The notes beneath the pieces were generated by a model, which was not told the DNA's origin, did not search any database, and saw nothing but the letters and a program-made list of their open reading frames with translations. From the NCBI GenBank assembly GCA_028534125.1, contig CM052818.1, forward strand, positions 22,756,001-22,820,000: a stretch of 64,000 nucleotides of DNA, read 5' to 3'. Source of the stretch: Lama glama. Lineage: Eukaryota. Shown piece by piece: positions 1 through 12,972 of this stretch (within the stretch, counting starts at the first letter, position 1; the number at the start of each line of letters is the position of its first letter). Made by a program: the position numbers and the translations under genes.

Positions 1-330
1 CATACATAAATTGGTTGGCTGAAATAAGTCCAACATGTAGACATACTCTGGCAAGATTTCAGAATGCCAATTCTAAAAGAAAAAGCTTCCAGAGGAAAAA
101 ACATGTTACCTACAAAAGAGAAAGAACAATACTGACATCAGACTTCTTATCAATAACACTAGATTCTAGAAGACAATGGAGCAATTACTTCCATGTTCTG
201 AGAGGATATTATTTTGAACCTAGAATTCTATAAAGAGCCAAACTAACACTAAGTGTGATGGTAAGATAAAGACGTTTGAAGGCATGCAAAGATTTAGAAA
301 GCTCATCACCCATCAACACCTTGTGAAAAA
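1..330 (+). mobile_element. Ancient L1/HAL1 ORF1 remnant
   Basis: ORF 15-233 (RHTLARF...VTYK...LTSDF...RRQWS..F.VL...FEPRIL) mirrors L1 ORF1p C-terminal motifs. Confidence 0.75.
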
Positions 331-471
331 AATTTAGATGAGGGCAAAGCAAAACATAAATGTAATTCAAAAATAAAGATAACTTGGGTACAAAACCCCC
401 TCCAGCATTTATTAAAGACTTTTCCATTAAAATTAATTTAGCAAAAGTTACTCAATATAAAAAAGCCATAC

Positions 472-1075
472 TGTCGATCTTACAGAGAAAAATGCGCAAC
501 TCAGAAGTTGAGAATTATGTTTTATTTGGTTGATTTTCTGAGGACTTCAAGTTCAGGAGACAGCCTCTCAGATAGCTCTAAGGTAAGGGAGGAGCCAGAA
601 TATAGGGATTTTTTGCAACAAAAACCAATTAGCACATAGAAAAGCAAACTGGTGGTTGCCAGGGGAGAAAGCTGGTGGGAGGCAATAAACTGGGAGTTCG
701 AGATTTGCAGATACTACTATATATAAAATAAACAAGTTTCTACTGTATAGCACAGGGAACTATATTCAGTTATCTTGTAGTAACTTATGGTGAAAAAGAT
801 AATGAAAACAAATATATGCATGTATATGTATGTCAGAAGCATTGTGCTGTGCAACAGAAATTGACCCAACACAGTAAACCATATTTTAATTGAAAAAAGA
901 AAAATTTTTTTTAAAAAGACCAGGTTCTTGGAACATCAAAAGATTACTATTAGTTAAAGAAAAACAGATATCTCAAGTTAATGAATTTAGCACTTTTTTA
1001 TGCATGGGAAGATGCAAGATTCTGGACTTACTGAAATCATTCCTTTGACATGCACCTTAGCTATCTAGTGCTGGT
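472..1075. mobile_element. ERV solo-LTR fragment interrupted by an L1 3' end
   Basis: LTR-like sequence on both sides of the 628-905 L1 insert, with aaaaacca / aaagacca junctions. Confidence 0.5.
628..905 (+). mobile_element. 5'-truncated L1 3'UTR (cetartiodactyl type)
   Basis: tactgtatagcacagggaactatattca motif and an A-rich tail. Confidence 0.85.
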
Positions 1076-1231
1076 ATCAGAATTGGGGTATTTTGGCCAG
1101 TGTTAGCATGTTATTAATTTAGAAATATTTGAGATCATAGGTCAATAAATAAATAGACATATGAACAATTTTCACTTAAAGACTTCACTTTTTCCAACCC
1201 CTGAATGGTGATTAAAAAATACACCACTCCT

Positions 1232-1462
1232 AGTAGGGGAGGGATAAATTAGGAATTTGGGGTTAACTTATACATAGTACTATATATAAAGCAGATAAAC
1301 AACAAGGACCTACTGTACAGGGAACTATATTCAATACCTTGTAATAACCCATAATGGAAGAGAATCTGAAAAAGAATACATATGATATGTATAACTGAAT
1401 CAACCTTGCTATACACCTGAAACACAATACTGTAAATCAACTATACTTCAATTAAAAAAAAA
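1232..1462 (+). mobile_element. 5'-truncated L1 3'UTR (cetartiodactyl type)
   Basis: gggataaattaggaatttgggg...caactatacttcaattaaaaaaaaaa. Confidence 0.85.
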
Positions 1463-2278
1463 ACACATCACACCTCAGAAAACAATCCCAAGAAAACAAA
1501 CAAACAAAAAAAACAAAGAGAATCTGTAAAAACTACTGAAGGCCTAAGTCCATCACAGCAAGGCTCTGAGCATTATCCAGGAATCTATCTTAGAATTCAG
1601 GAGATGGTTGCCTAGGGGATGCCCAATACTCATTTATTAAATTTCAAAAAAATAGACTTCTTGACAGAAAGGGTAATTTGGCTGCCAGGTTTGTCAAGAA
1701 GTACTGGCCTTGCCATTAAGGTTATATTGGTACTCATTTTCCATTGAATAAATAAAATCCACAGCTCCAATAATCTGATGAAAATATATTTCAATACAAT
1801 TTGTATTATAGTTTGTACATCAATTTACAGGTTGTATATATTTGAATATATAAGTACATACATAGTACAAGATCCAAACATTTTATCAGAGATAAATTAA
1901 AATGCAAAGGTATATTTAAATGAACATTATGTCACCTTTCCCAAACCCTTCTGAGTATATTGATTTAAAGGTCCCTATGATGGTTAGTTTTGTGTATCAA
2001 ATTGGCTAGGCTATAGTTCCTAGTTAATCAAATTATAATCCAGGTGTTGCTGTGAAAGAACTCTGTAGATGTGATTAACATCAGCTGACTTTTCCAAGAC
2101 AAAAGGCCATTTAATCAAGACATAAGGCCATTTACAAAGTCATCTTTTTCTTCAGCCTTCTCTTTGGCAGTATGATTTCTGCAATGCTATTAATGAGCTG
2201 AGTGCATCTCTTTATTTTGCCGAACATGCTAAGAATAAACAGGTGCTTGGAACACCTCAAAAGAATGATTATCAAACC

Positions 2279-2281
<3 letters not shown>

Positions 2282-2327
<46 letters not shown>

Positions 2328-2346
2328 CTGTCTGTCTGTCTGTCTG
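2282..2346. repeat. (TG)n-(TCTG)n compound microsatellite
   Basis: Directly visible. Confidence 0.95.
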
Positions 2347-2864
2347 CACGCAATAAATTAGGCGTATATTCTTAGAAAGTTTAAAAAAAATCAGCTGATT
2401 TAAGTAAAGGAGACTATCCTCAATGATCTGGGTGGGTCTCATCCAATCAACTGAAAGGCCTCAGGAGCAAAACTGAGATTTCCCTAAGGAAGAAGAAATT
2501 CCACCTGGCCAGCCCCACAATTATTTAAGCCAATTACTCACCATAAAACTCTATTTATACAAACCAGCTGGAGATTATGTATGCATATAGGAGATTACAT
2601 GTATGCATGATTTTTTGGGGGGTTGGGGAGGTAAACAAAGTTTATTTTGGGAAGAGCAACTCACTGAGAGAGAAAACTGTTTTAAAATACACAAATATGT
2701 ACTTTCTTTGTTTCTAAGAACTTTATCTTTTTAAACTTACACAGTTAACAAAAGAATAAAGCCAACCACAAAATAAGAATCAACAGAATGCAGCAATACA
2801 ATCATAAAGGATAGTCAAATGTGCTTACACATATTTAAAAAATCAATCATCTAAGTTATAAACA

Positions 2865-3072
2865 ATAAGTAGTTCATTTGTGTCCTTTTTTAGATTCTAC
2901 ACATAAGCAGTATTGTGTGGCATTTTTCTCTCTCTGGCTTACTTCACTTAGAATCTCCATGTCCATCCATGTTGCTACAAATGGCATTATTTTATTCTTT
3001 TTTATGGCTGAGTAGTATTCCATTGTATACATATACCACATCTTCTTTATCTAATCATCTGTTGATGGACAG
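2865..3072 (-). mobile_element. L1 ORF2-end/3'UTR fragment
   Basis: gtccatccatgttgctacaaatggcattattttattctttttatggctgagtagtattccattgt is an antisense L1 signature. Confidence 0.8.
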
Positions 3073-3179
3073 TGTGTGTGCATGGTTCTACATACATACA
3101 TATACATAATTTTCAACCAGTTGTTTATCTGGTAGAACCCTAAGTGATACAATTTATATAGGGGAAAGAGCATGAAGCA

Positions 3180-3980
3180 TACGTAAAGGCAACTGTTAGG
3201 TCTTGGCAAAACTTTTTAAACTGTTCTTCTCAGAAAATGACTCATAACTGGTTTAACAACCCTCTTCTAAATCTGGTGGTTTCAAAATTCTCTGCTTTCA
3301 GCAAGACTGAAAGAGGACATAATTGAACTGTCAGCTGCAAAATCATTAAAAATCACCTCTGATGAAAAACTGCTATATAATTTTTTACATACTACTCAGA
3401 ATAATAAAGAAAGAGACACTCTGAGGACTGGGTCTGTTGCTGCTCTGTTCAGTGCTTACCCTTAGAGCTTAAGAAGAGTGTCCACAACATAGCAGAAGCT
3501 CAAAACATATTTGACAAATGAATAAATGAGCAAGGCTTCACCATTCTCATCTACTTAGATGAAAAATTTCTGTCAGAACCTACATCTATAAGTACAAAAA
3601 TCAGGAACAAATCAGTACCTACACCTTGTCTCATCCTAGCAATGAGTTACATTAATTCAACGATTTGTTAACTAAAGCCCCACCCATCTCATTAAGAGAT
3701 GACTGCCAATAAAAACGTATTTTTATGTTTAGCAATTATCAAAATTTTTATAATATTTATACTCTAATTATAATAAATTCTAAAGAAATTAAGACCCTGA
3801 ACCTTATGAACAAGAAATACAAAATGTTCTTAAATTTTAATTTACATACAATTTTTGTTGCAGAGAATGGTAAAATTTTCAAGCATAAAATACATTAGGC
3901 TAAAATTCTGTTTAGAAAGAAAAATGGAAATGAGCTCAAGGAGAAAAAAAGCTCACGTAAAATTTCAAACTGTTATAGAA
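3180..3980. mobile_element. hAT-Charlie DNA transposon remnants (with a small L2 insert near 3440-3530)
   Basis: AT-rich Charlie1-like motifs such as aatttacatacaatttttgttgcagag; recalled similarity only. Confidence 0.4.
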
Positions 3981-4579
3981 GAGCCTGTTCAGGGTTTTTT
4001 TTGTTTTAACCTGTGATAGTGGGCAAATTGTCACAGTATTTCTTTTACACTAGAATATTTTAAAATGTTTATAGCAATTATTTTTAAATGTCAGTATTGG
4101 CAACAAAAACTAGATATTATACCTTTGCAACTATTTTTTTTTAAATTTGTATATATTTAAAATTTTTTATTACAACTTTTGATGTCAATTTTCAAATGTA
4201 TGAGAGTAAAATTTTTTAAATTAAGGAAAAATCTAGAGTAAAAAATATGAAAACCACTATATTATTATTTCTGGGAAAAAAAGGTTGGGGAAAATACATG
4301 TATACACACATGAATGATTTCCTTCCACGTACACTGACTTTCTCTGGAAAAGACACCAGAAACTAGTTACAATCAAGACCTGATATGGGGAGTTTTTGCA
4401 CTGAATATATTTTTTGTACCTTTTGACTGACTCATATTCAAATATTACCTTTCAGAAAACAAAAACTTTTAACAATTAACTAAAATAAAAATGTAAAAGA
4501 CCACAAATAGGATGAATACCTTCCTGACAAATAGAAAATTTCACAAAGTCAACCAAAGGAAGGAGAAAAAACATGCACA

Positions 4580-4990
4580 CAAACATAAGGGAATTAAAAC
4601 ATAATTAAATATGAAAGACTTAATTATTCTACTGAAGTTAAAGACTCCCCGAATAGATTTCAAAAGAAAAAAAATGTAAGCAAAACCCCAGCTATATGCA
4701 GTCTGAAGAGACATAACACTAAAACACCTAAAAGATTAAAAATAAAAAGATAAAAAAGTACAAAGTAGACAAATGCTAACAAAAATGGGAATAGCATATC
4801 AGAAAAACCAGAATTCAAAGTGAAAATCATTAGAGAAAGATATTTCCTACTATTTTTAAAAAGAATCCAACTAAAGAACAACCTTTATGCACCTGAAAGC
4901 TTCAAGATCAAACACTGTTAGAAACGTAAGGAGAAATGGACTGATAAACTTAGCAGAAGTAATCAACTGATTAATAATCAACAGATCAGA
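4580..4990 (+). mobile_element. Old L1 ORF2 endonuclease-region fragment
   Basis: cccagctatatgcagtctgaagagac (PTICCLQET-like) and atatcagaaaaa..gaattcaa motifs. Confidence 0.6.
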
Positions 4991-5280
4991 CAAACTAAGC
5001 CTATTCATGTAAATAAATATCAAGTTTAAAAAAGATGTATTTACAGAGAACGTATGGACTGAAATTTGAGTTGGGGTCTGAGGCAGAGGAAGCAGAATGT
5101 CAATGAAGTAAGACTATGTGGATTAATTGTTGAAGTTAAGTGATATTAAATGTACTCCTCTGTTGTCTGAAAAACCTGGACTACTCAGAAGTGAACGGCA
5201 AAGCATTACACAGCAAAACCTACGTGAGATGACCACAGGTTCTCAAAGAAAAGTATGTAACTTTAAAAGCACTCACTAGA

Positions 5281-5573
5281 GGCAGTAGAGATAAATTAGG
5301 AGTTTGGGATTAACATGTACACACTAACAAATATAAAACAGATAACCAACAAGGACCTATTGTATAGCACAGGAAACTATACTCAACATCTTATAATAAC
5401 CTATATAGAAAAGAATCTGAAAAAGAATACTGGTGTGTGTATGTATATATGTAACTGAATCACTCTACTGTACCTGAAACTAATACACATAGTAAATTAA
5501 CTATACTTCAATTTAAAAAAAAAAAAAAAGAAAAACAATAATAGTAATAAAATTGTTGTCCAGTGGGGAGGAA
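5281..5573 (+). mobile_element. 5'-truncated L1 3'UTR with extra 3' sequence
   Basis: L1 tail ends near 5530. TSD aaaagca(c/t)t(c/t)actaga at 5265-5280 and 5574-5589. Confidence 0.85.
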
Positions 5574-6520
5574 AAAAGCATTTACTAGAAGAGAAGACAA
5601 ATGAATCTGACTTTTTTTTTCTGCTTTTATTCTTCTCCCAGTGTATGACAGAATCATCTTGCCAAGTTCCATATGAAGTCCTACTGGGATTTCATTAAAC
5701 TTACAGATTAACTTGGGGGAAAACTCATGTATAGCATTAAATAATACTTTAAAAAACCCGCTTCTGATTTTGTAACTTCTACAGTTCTCATTATTTCATT
5801 CATTTTTGCTTTTATATTTAATTCCTTCCTTCTTTTGAATTTTTTTTTCTCTTCTATCTTGAATGCCTGGCTTTAATAATTATTTTTAGTCATTTTTTTT
5901 CCCCAAGGGTTGCTTTGAAGGCTTTAGATTTTCTTATGAGTATCACTCTGGCCTCTTCCTACAGGTTTTTAAGATTAGTACTTTCACTGTCACTCTTTTT
6001 GGAATCATTCACAATTGCAGGTTTTATTTCTCCTGGAGCACAAAAGCTACTTATAAACATGTTTTTTAAACTTCCAAGTTGGATAGTACCTTGACCAGTT
6101 TTCCTTTTATTGTTGCTTATGTCATTGACTTGTAGACAGAATATTACTTGTGTAATTCCTACTTTCAATTATTTGTTAAGGTTTTCTTCAGGCCTCATTT
6201 ATTGATGAATGTTACAAATTAATAGTCTGTCTCTTAATAGAAAATTTTACTTCATTCAGATTTTTTGTCATTGATATATCTGGACTTATTCTGGTCACCT
6301 TACTGTTATTTTTCTCTTTTCTATTGAGTCAGGGTCTATTTGGGATCATTTTAAACTCATCTATTAATCAAGCAATGTGGATGAAGTAAAATCAAATGAC
6401 GTATCTGTATTTTTCAACTGGTTATCCTTAAATTAAGAGATATAACTAACATGAACTTCCTATCAATGTAATAAATTGAACAGTAACTATAACCTTCCTT
6501 TTCCCCAAAATATCAGACTT

Positions 6521-6662
6521 CTTTTTTCCTTTTTGGTGGGGGGAAGGAGGTAATTTGGTTTATTTATTTATCATTATTTTTAAATGGAGGTACCAAGGAT
6601 TGAACCCAGGACCTCATCCATGCTAAGCATTGCACTCTACCACTGAACTATGCCTTCCCCCT
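6521..6662 (-). mobile_element. tRNA-Ala-derived SINE (camelid vic-1-like)
   Basis: tRNA-like head plus A-rich tail. TSD aaaata(t/c)cagactt at 6507-6520 and 6667-6680. Confidence 0.85.
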
Positions 6663-8849
6663 GAAAAAAATACCAGACTTTTAGAAAACTTTTACTCCCC
6701 TTTCCCAATTCTAATGTGCTAATTATCTGGAACTTTATTCCTAAAGCGTTAATTTATGTCATATTTCTTGTGTGTTGAAAAATACCTTTACGCGGTCATT
6801 CATACTTACTGAATTTTCAACTTTAAATAATTTGCTCTTCTAGTATGTATCTAAGATGCTCATTCCTTCATGGATAACTTTCTCTCTAAAAAGCCTAGGG
6901 TCCTCAGTTTTTCTTTAGTGTTCTGAAATGAAGTATGTGTCTTTCTTCCATTCAATCTAAAGATTCTTGTCCTTTATCCCTGAAGAAATGTTCTTTTTAA
7001 TAATTTTTCCCTTTCTCTCATTTTTTTGAAGGTTTAAAAAGACAAATTTTTTATTTAAAAAGGCCAAAATGATTGAATGCTAATTTGAACAGCTAGGTTG
7101 TATTTAAGAAATGGTATGAAAACTGCATTTTTGATGTCCTTTAAGAGTTGGATTCCATTCTGTGCTTAGTTCTTTCTTCAAGACCTCTTAATCTCAGCTG
7201 GAGTTAGGAAGAAATATCTCTCATTTATGTTTATTACTTAAATACAGTGGCATTATTATTAAGCCTTTCTTTCTACTCACTGTTTTATTTCAATAAGCAT
7301 TTTAACTTCTCAAAACATTTCCTTATTCTGATCATTCTTTGTAACTGTTTTATAGGATCAATATGTATATGCATGCCACATGCACACACATAGAAATTCA
7401 CACATAAATGTCTATAAAATTCTACTTTAAATATATTTGCTTCAAAGCTGGGGTTATATCTTACATATTTATCTAGTTATTTAATTCTATTATACACTGT
7501 GCCGCCTGCCTATGATACAAGTCTATTTCATTCATTTAAATGGCTACAAGGCATTCCAGAACATAAACAAAGTTTGGCTCAATACCCTATTGCTGAATAC
7601 TTAGGTTTCTCTCCTTTTTTTATTTTTTTATTTTTTCGATATTTCAAAGGCATGTTTCCTTGGGCACCTATGATTAGCATCCAGTTATAAAAATACTGAA
7701 TTTTAATTTGCTAGATACTGCCAAATTCTCTTCTGTATCCCAGGTCAAGGCAGTATCAATTCCAGCTGAATATAAACAATTTTAACTTTTTTATTACTTG
7801 TAACTTTAATCTCTAATTTTGGGGAATTTTGGAAAATACTGAGTTTATAAAAATTTGTACCTACTGAGTAACTTTCATGTTCCCAGTATTATGATGAATA
7901 CTAGCAAATATATTAGGCAACAACAGAGACATAGCTTTTCTTTTATGATATTGAGTTTAGTGTCATTACTCTTGAATGGGTACTAGTCCACACCCCCAGG
8001 AGCCCTTTGAAAAGGGTGAGGTTGGGGGGAGGCAGTACTACCACAATGGGAGCAGTATTAACACTTCATAGACGGAAGACAAGGATGTTAGATACCCCGT
8101 AGATGTATAGGTATATACCAGAAAACAGTCCAATACCAAAGAACTGACTCATATGACTGTTAAATGTCCCTCTGGACATTTATATAAGTGAAAAACATGA
8201 TTCTGTTATCTGACTACAGCTAATTCCATTTCAGATATGAGAACACAAAATATATAGGGTATGGTTTTAATGTAACTGATTTTTCCAGCAATATGGCCAT
8301 CATACAAAAAGAAAAAAGACTGCATGTTGTTTTGTTCAGAATTTACCTATAGTACCATTTGGAAAAACCTCAGGAAATATGAGTTCGCACTGCCAGTGAT
8401 TCTATGCACATAGGCAAACATTCTATAATTTCATTATACCTTCTGCTTTTGTCATGCCCCAGAACATACATATACTGAAATACACAGTACATATGATCCT
8501 ATTATATATTACGTTATTATAGAATATTCTATTAATAGAATATTGTTTTTTTACATTATATGTATAAGTTATACTATCAATGAATTTCATTTCAGAATAA
8601 TTAAGAGGTCACTTTTCCTGATTTGTGCTCAATGTGGCCGAAAATCATTTATAAGGAAAATATTCAGTGTAAGGCATTAGGGCAAGATCTCTTCATTCAA
8701 GTCAATTTGTCAAAAGAAAATGAAGTTTACTTAAAGAAAACTAATAGCTGATTAAATACTTTTAGTAGGTAGTTATAAGCTTAGATATTGATTTTAAATT
8801 GTCACAGAAAGAAAAAAACACCCCGTAACAGAAAAATCTACTAGGATCC

Positions 8850-9352
8850 TGTTCTAGTTATATCATCAATTGCCGAGTTAGAAATCACCCCGAAACACAG
8901 TAGCACAAAACAACTGCTTTATTTTGCTCACAGGTTCAGTGGGTGAGCAATTCAGACTAGCACAGAAATCCTGTCTTTGGTTCACAATAACTGAGGCCTC
9001 AGCGGGAACTCAAACGGCACAGGCTGGATAAGCTGGTGGCTCCTTGAGGCACATGTCTAGCATCTGGACTCAGCTAGGACTGTCAACCATAGTACCAACA
9101 AATGGCCTCTCCACGTAGCTTGGTCTTCCCACAGTATGGTGGCTGAGTTCCAAGTAGAAATATCCTGAGAGTAAATATTCCAAGAAAACCAGGTAGAAGC
9201 TGTATGGCCTTTTATGATAGAGCCTTGGGAGCCACACAGCATTACTTCCACCATACTGTATTGTCACAACCCCATCCAGATTCAAGGGGAGAAGACACGG
9301 ACTCCACCATGGAAGGAATGTCAAAGAATTTGGGGACCATATTTTAAAACCA
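8850..9352 (-). mobile_element. MLT1 (MaLR) LTR
   Basis: ttttgctcacaggttcagtgggt, cacgtagcttggtcttcccacagtatggtggctg and ccagattcaagggga motifs. Confidence 0.7.
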
Positions 9353-9441
9353 ACTTTTCAGCCAACAAAACAACTGAACAAAAAAAAAAAATCCAATTTC
9401 AGTACTTTGAAGTAACAATCAATTGTGATTATTGGTTCTAA

Positions 9442-9478
<37 letters not shown>

Positions 9479-9479
9479 G
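9442..9479. repeat. (CT)n(AT)n compound microsatellite
   Basis: Directly visible. Confidence 0.95.
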
Positions 9480-10534
9480 ATGTATATTCTTTTTCATAAA
9501 ACTTACAAGGTATTGAACATAGTTCCCTGTGCTATATAGTATGAGCTTGTTATTTATTTTATATACACTAGTTATAAATCTTTTTTTAAAAGGTGCTAAC
9601 TCTATTATAAAATCCTATTTTAGTCCAAAACGCTATTACCATTCTAAATTTTTTAAATAATTCTGAATTGTATATTGCATGAATCTTGAAAAAATAAAGT
9701 CCTAATATGCCCTTTGACACCAAAACATTTTCTAAGAACATAATGACTCAAACCAGGATGTGATAAGAACTGGGTACAGAAGTCACCTCACCTTTTACCT
9801 GAAACAAATCATAACCTTATTGCTTAATAATATTACCATATCCTGAAATGTCTATTTAAAATTATAATGATAGTGCCAACACTACTTTCTGATTCTACTT
9901 ACATCAGTAACACAAAAACGTCAGAATTATCAATAAATTGGTAAACTATATGAACAGGACTTAAGGTAGGCAGGGTCAGCTTCTCCCCAGTTCTCTCCAA
10001 CAGCTAACCGTGGCTTTACAATTCTGAGAAATAATAAATAAATCCTCCCCATCTTTCTTTTCCTCCTTCCACAAAGCTTCAAGTGTGTGGGTGTTAGAGT
10101 GGAAAAGCAGAGGCAAACAGAATGAGCATTAATAAGTTAAAGAACTATTCTCACTTGTCCCATTTTTCTCTATGTCCCAACTTCAGCCCACAGTGTAAGC
10201 GACACAACTGAAAAGTTGGAAAGAAAATTTAAGTAAGGTAGAGAGCTGTTAAGTACAGTAAACTCTTTACCTTTTGCCTAACAGGTTAAAAAATGACAGG
10301 GACACAAAATTTAACATTCTAAAGCTTTACATTTTCCGAATCACAATATAAAAGTAAATAATATGTCAAAAACAACTAAAATATGTGAAAGGCCATAAAC
10401 AGCCCTGATGAAATTCCTCATTTTCAAAGACTTCATCAGTCATGAGAACCATGCCCATCTTAAACTGGCATCACTTTTTTAACCTGAAATTCTATTTCTA
10501 ACAGATTAAGAAAATCAAGATTGCTTTTATTTAT

Positions 10535-10680
10535 TTTTTTTTAAATACTTTTGTTTGGGGAGGAGGTAATTAGGTTTAGTTTTTTTTCTTTTTTTAATTT
10601 AACAGAGGTACTGGGGATCGAACCCATGACCTCATGCATGCTAAGCATGTACTCTACCACTGAGCTATACCCTTCCCCCA
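10535..10680 (-). mobile_element. tRNA-Ala-derived SINE (camelid vic-1-like)
   Basis: Reverse complement reads GGGTATAGCTCAGTGGTAGAGTACATGCTTAGCATGCATGAGGTCATGGGTTCGATCCCCAGTACCTC. TSD gcttttatttatttt on both sides. Confidence 0.88.
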
Positions 10681-12299
10681 GCTTTTATTTATTTTTATTT
10701 GTTTATTTTTAACACCTTTATTGTAGTATGGTTCCCATATAGTAAACTACACATACTTCAAATGTACAATTTGATGAATTTTGATAGATTTATACACCAA
10801 TGAAACCACTACTACAATCAAGACAGCTAAACATTTACCTCCCCAAGAGGTGCAATTTTCAAATTCCCAATTTATTGTTTTGCACCCCGTTTACTCCCTG
10901 GTAACCATAAGTTTGTTCTCTATGTCTGAGAGTCTGTTCCAAGTTGTTTTTAAAATACAAAGCATGTATGCTAGCTTTCAGTGAAATTACCTTAGAAAAG
11001 AAGAATCGGTAACAAGTACTCAAGTCAAATTTCTTTTGATTCTGAAGAATATACCACAAAACAGTCTAGGAATAGCACAACCCTCTCTCAAAAGAGAGTC
11101 CATTTCTTAATGCTCAGATTGTGGTCTCCAAGACCATTTCCCAGTAAAAGGAATCAGGACTCCATGGAGACACAGTTCTAGGTCTAGAATATGAGCTTGG
11201 ACCATCTTGTCATACCAGAAAGCAAGTCAGATATTAAAGACCACTGGAAGCATTTCAAAATGACTCAGGAACAAACCTAAATAAGCCCCACTGGCTAAAG
11301 ATTAGACAACTTGAGTATCAACAGGATAATAATTGATAATAAATGTGAAATATGTTCAAGTCCTTGAGTACATGATAAAAATAAAAAAGAAATAAATTGG
11401 TGATCTTTGGCGGATGACAGGAACCATCCCATTATTTCTGAAAACTGGCAACTAAAAAGAGTAAAAATCACTCAAGCATTTAACCTGCCTCTCCTATACA
11501 AGCTGAACCTAAAGAGTAACCTGATGGCTGACAGAGGGAATATTTATTTCAGAGAAATATTCTATCCAACAAATGAGGGGATGATAGTTTTAAAAGCACA
11601 ATTTTTGCAGTTTTACTGAATAAACAGATTAAGACAATCGTCAACCAATCAATGATAACACCACAAAAAGATAGCTTACAAATTCTTCATTTTTTACTAT
11701 GAAAGGCATTAGTAGAAAATTTTGCAAAATCTGAATAAATCCATAGATTTTCATCATGCTGGTGTTACATAAGAGAATGTTCCTGTTCTTAGAAGATAAC
11801 ACACTGAAGTATCTTTAGGGATTGGGGAAATATGTCTTCAATTTATTTTCAAATGGTTCAAAATTTTTAATATGTACACTAATAGAAATAATAGAGCAAA
11901 CAGTAAAATGTTAACATTTGGGGAATCTGGACAAAGGGCATATGGAATTCTTGGTAACGTTTTAAATAATTTTCATAAATGTAAAATTATTTCAAAGTGA
12001 AATGTTAACAAAAGAGACAGGCAACAATACATTATGGACCTCATGATAAAAGTACAAAATACTACCCATGAAATGATTTTGTACTCCCACCCCCACCCTT
12101 CTCCCTAAAAAAACTGTGGACTGAGATGCTTTAGAATCTGATCTAACTATCCATCTACAGAGAAACATGGTAAAGGACACAACAAAGATGCAATAAACAA
12201 ACTCCAAACCAAAGGAAACTCTATAGGATGAACCACTTGGTATCGTCAACAAAGTATTGAGACAGAGAGAGAAATGTGAAATAATATGTATCTATAGGT

Positions 12300-12795
12300 A
12301 CAAAAACTTAAGATGTCCACACAAAAACTTGTACAGGAAGGTCCATAACAGTATCATTCATAATAACCAGAAAGTGGAAACAATCCAAATGTCCATTAAC
12401 TGATGAACAGATAAACAAAATGTGGTACATCCATCCAATGGGACATCATTTAGCTATAAAAAGAAATTAAGGAATTCATGCTATATATAACACAGAAGAA
12501 ACTTGAAAACACTATGCTAAGTAAAAAGAAGCCAGACACAGAAAAACACATACTGCAAGATTCCATTTATATGAAATGTCCAGAAAAAGCCAATCTATAG
12601 AGACAGAAAGTAGATCAATGGTTGCCAAGGAATGAAAGAAAGGAAGAATAGGGTGTAATTGTTGTTTTTTTTTAGGGAGGGAGGGGGTGATGAAAATAAT
12701 CACAGTGATGGTTATACAGCTTTGTGAGTATACTAAAAATCACTAAATTGTGCAGTTTAAAAGTATGGATTTTATGCTATGTGAATTACATAGCA
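12300..12795 (+). mobile_element. L1M (L1MB-like) ORF2-end/3'UTR
   Basis: cacacaaaaacttgtaca...aagtggaaacaatccaaatgtccatt...agattccatttatatgaaatgtccaga motifs. Confidence 0.8.
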
Positions 12796-12818
12796 ACACC
12801 AAAAAAATGGGCAAGAAA

Positions 12819-12972
12819 GGGCAAGAGGGTATAGCTCAGTGGTAGGGTTTGTGTTTAACATGCAGGAGGTCCTGGGTTCAATCCTCAGTACCTCCATTAA
12901 AATAAATAGATAAAACCCTAATTATCTCCCCCCAGTCAAGAAAAATAAGAGACAAAAGGTATCATTTTTTTT
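12819..12972 (+). mobile_element. tRNA-Ala-derived SINE (camelid vic-1-like)
   Basis: Head with A and B boxes and an aaataaata...cctaatta tail. TSD-like aaaaaatgg(g/a)caa flanks. Confidence 0.85.

Larger units (their letters stand above)
1976..3151 (+). mobile_element. MLT2-type (ERVL) LTR with nested insertions
   Basis: t(a)tgatggttagttttgtgtatcaa start, gggtgggtctcatccaatca internal motif and agaaccctaa..taca end. Confidence 0.7.

Noticed and set aside
10600..10680. tRNA-Ala(AGC)-like sequences as genuine tRNA genes (all nine copies)
   Set aside because: They carry SINE A-rich tails, mostly with TSDs, and stem-disrupting substitutions, so they are retroposons.
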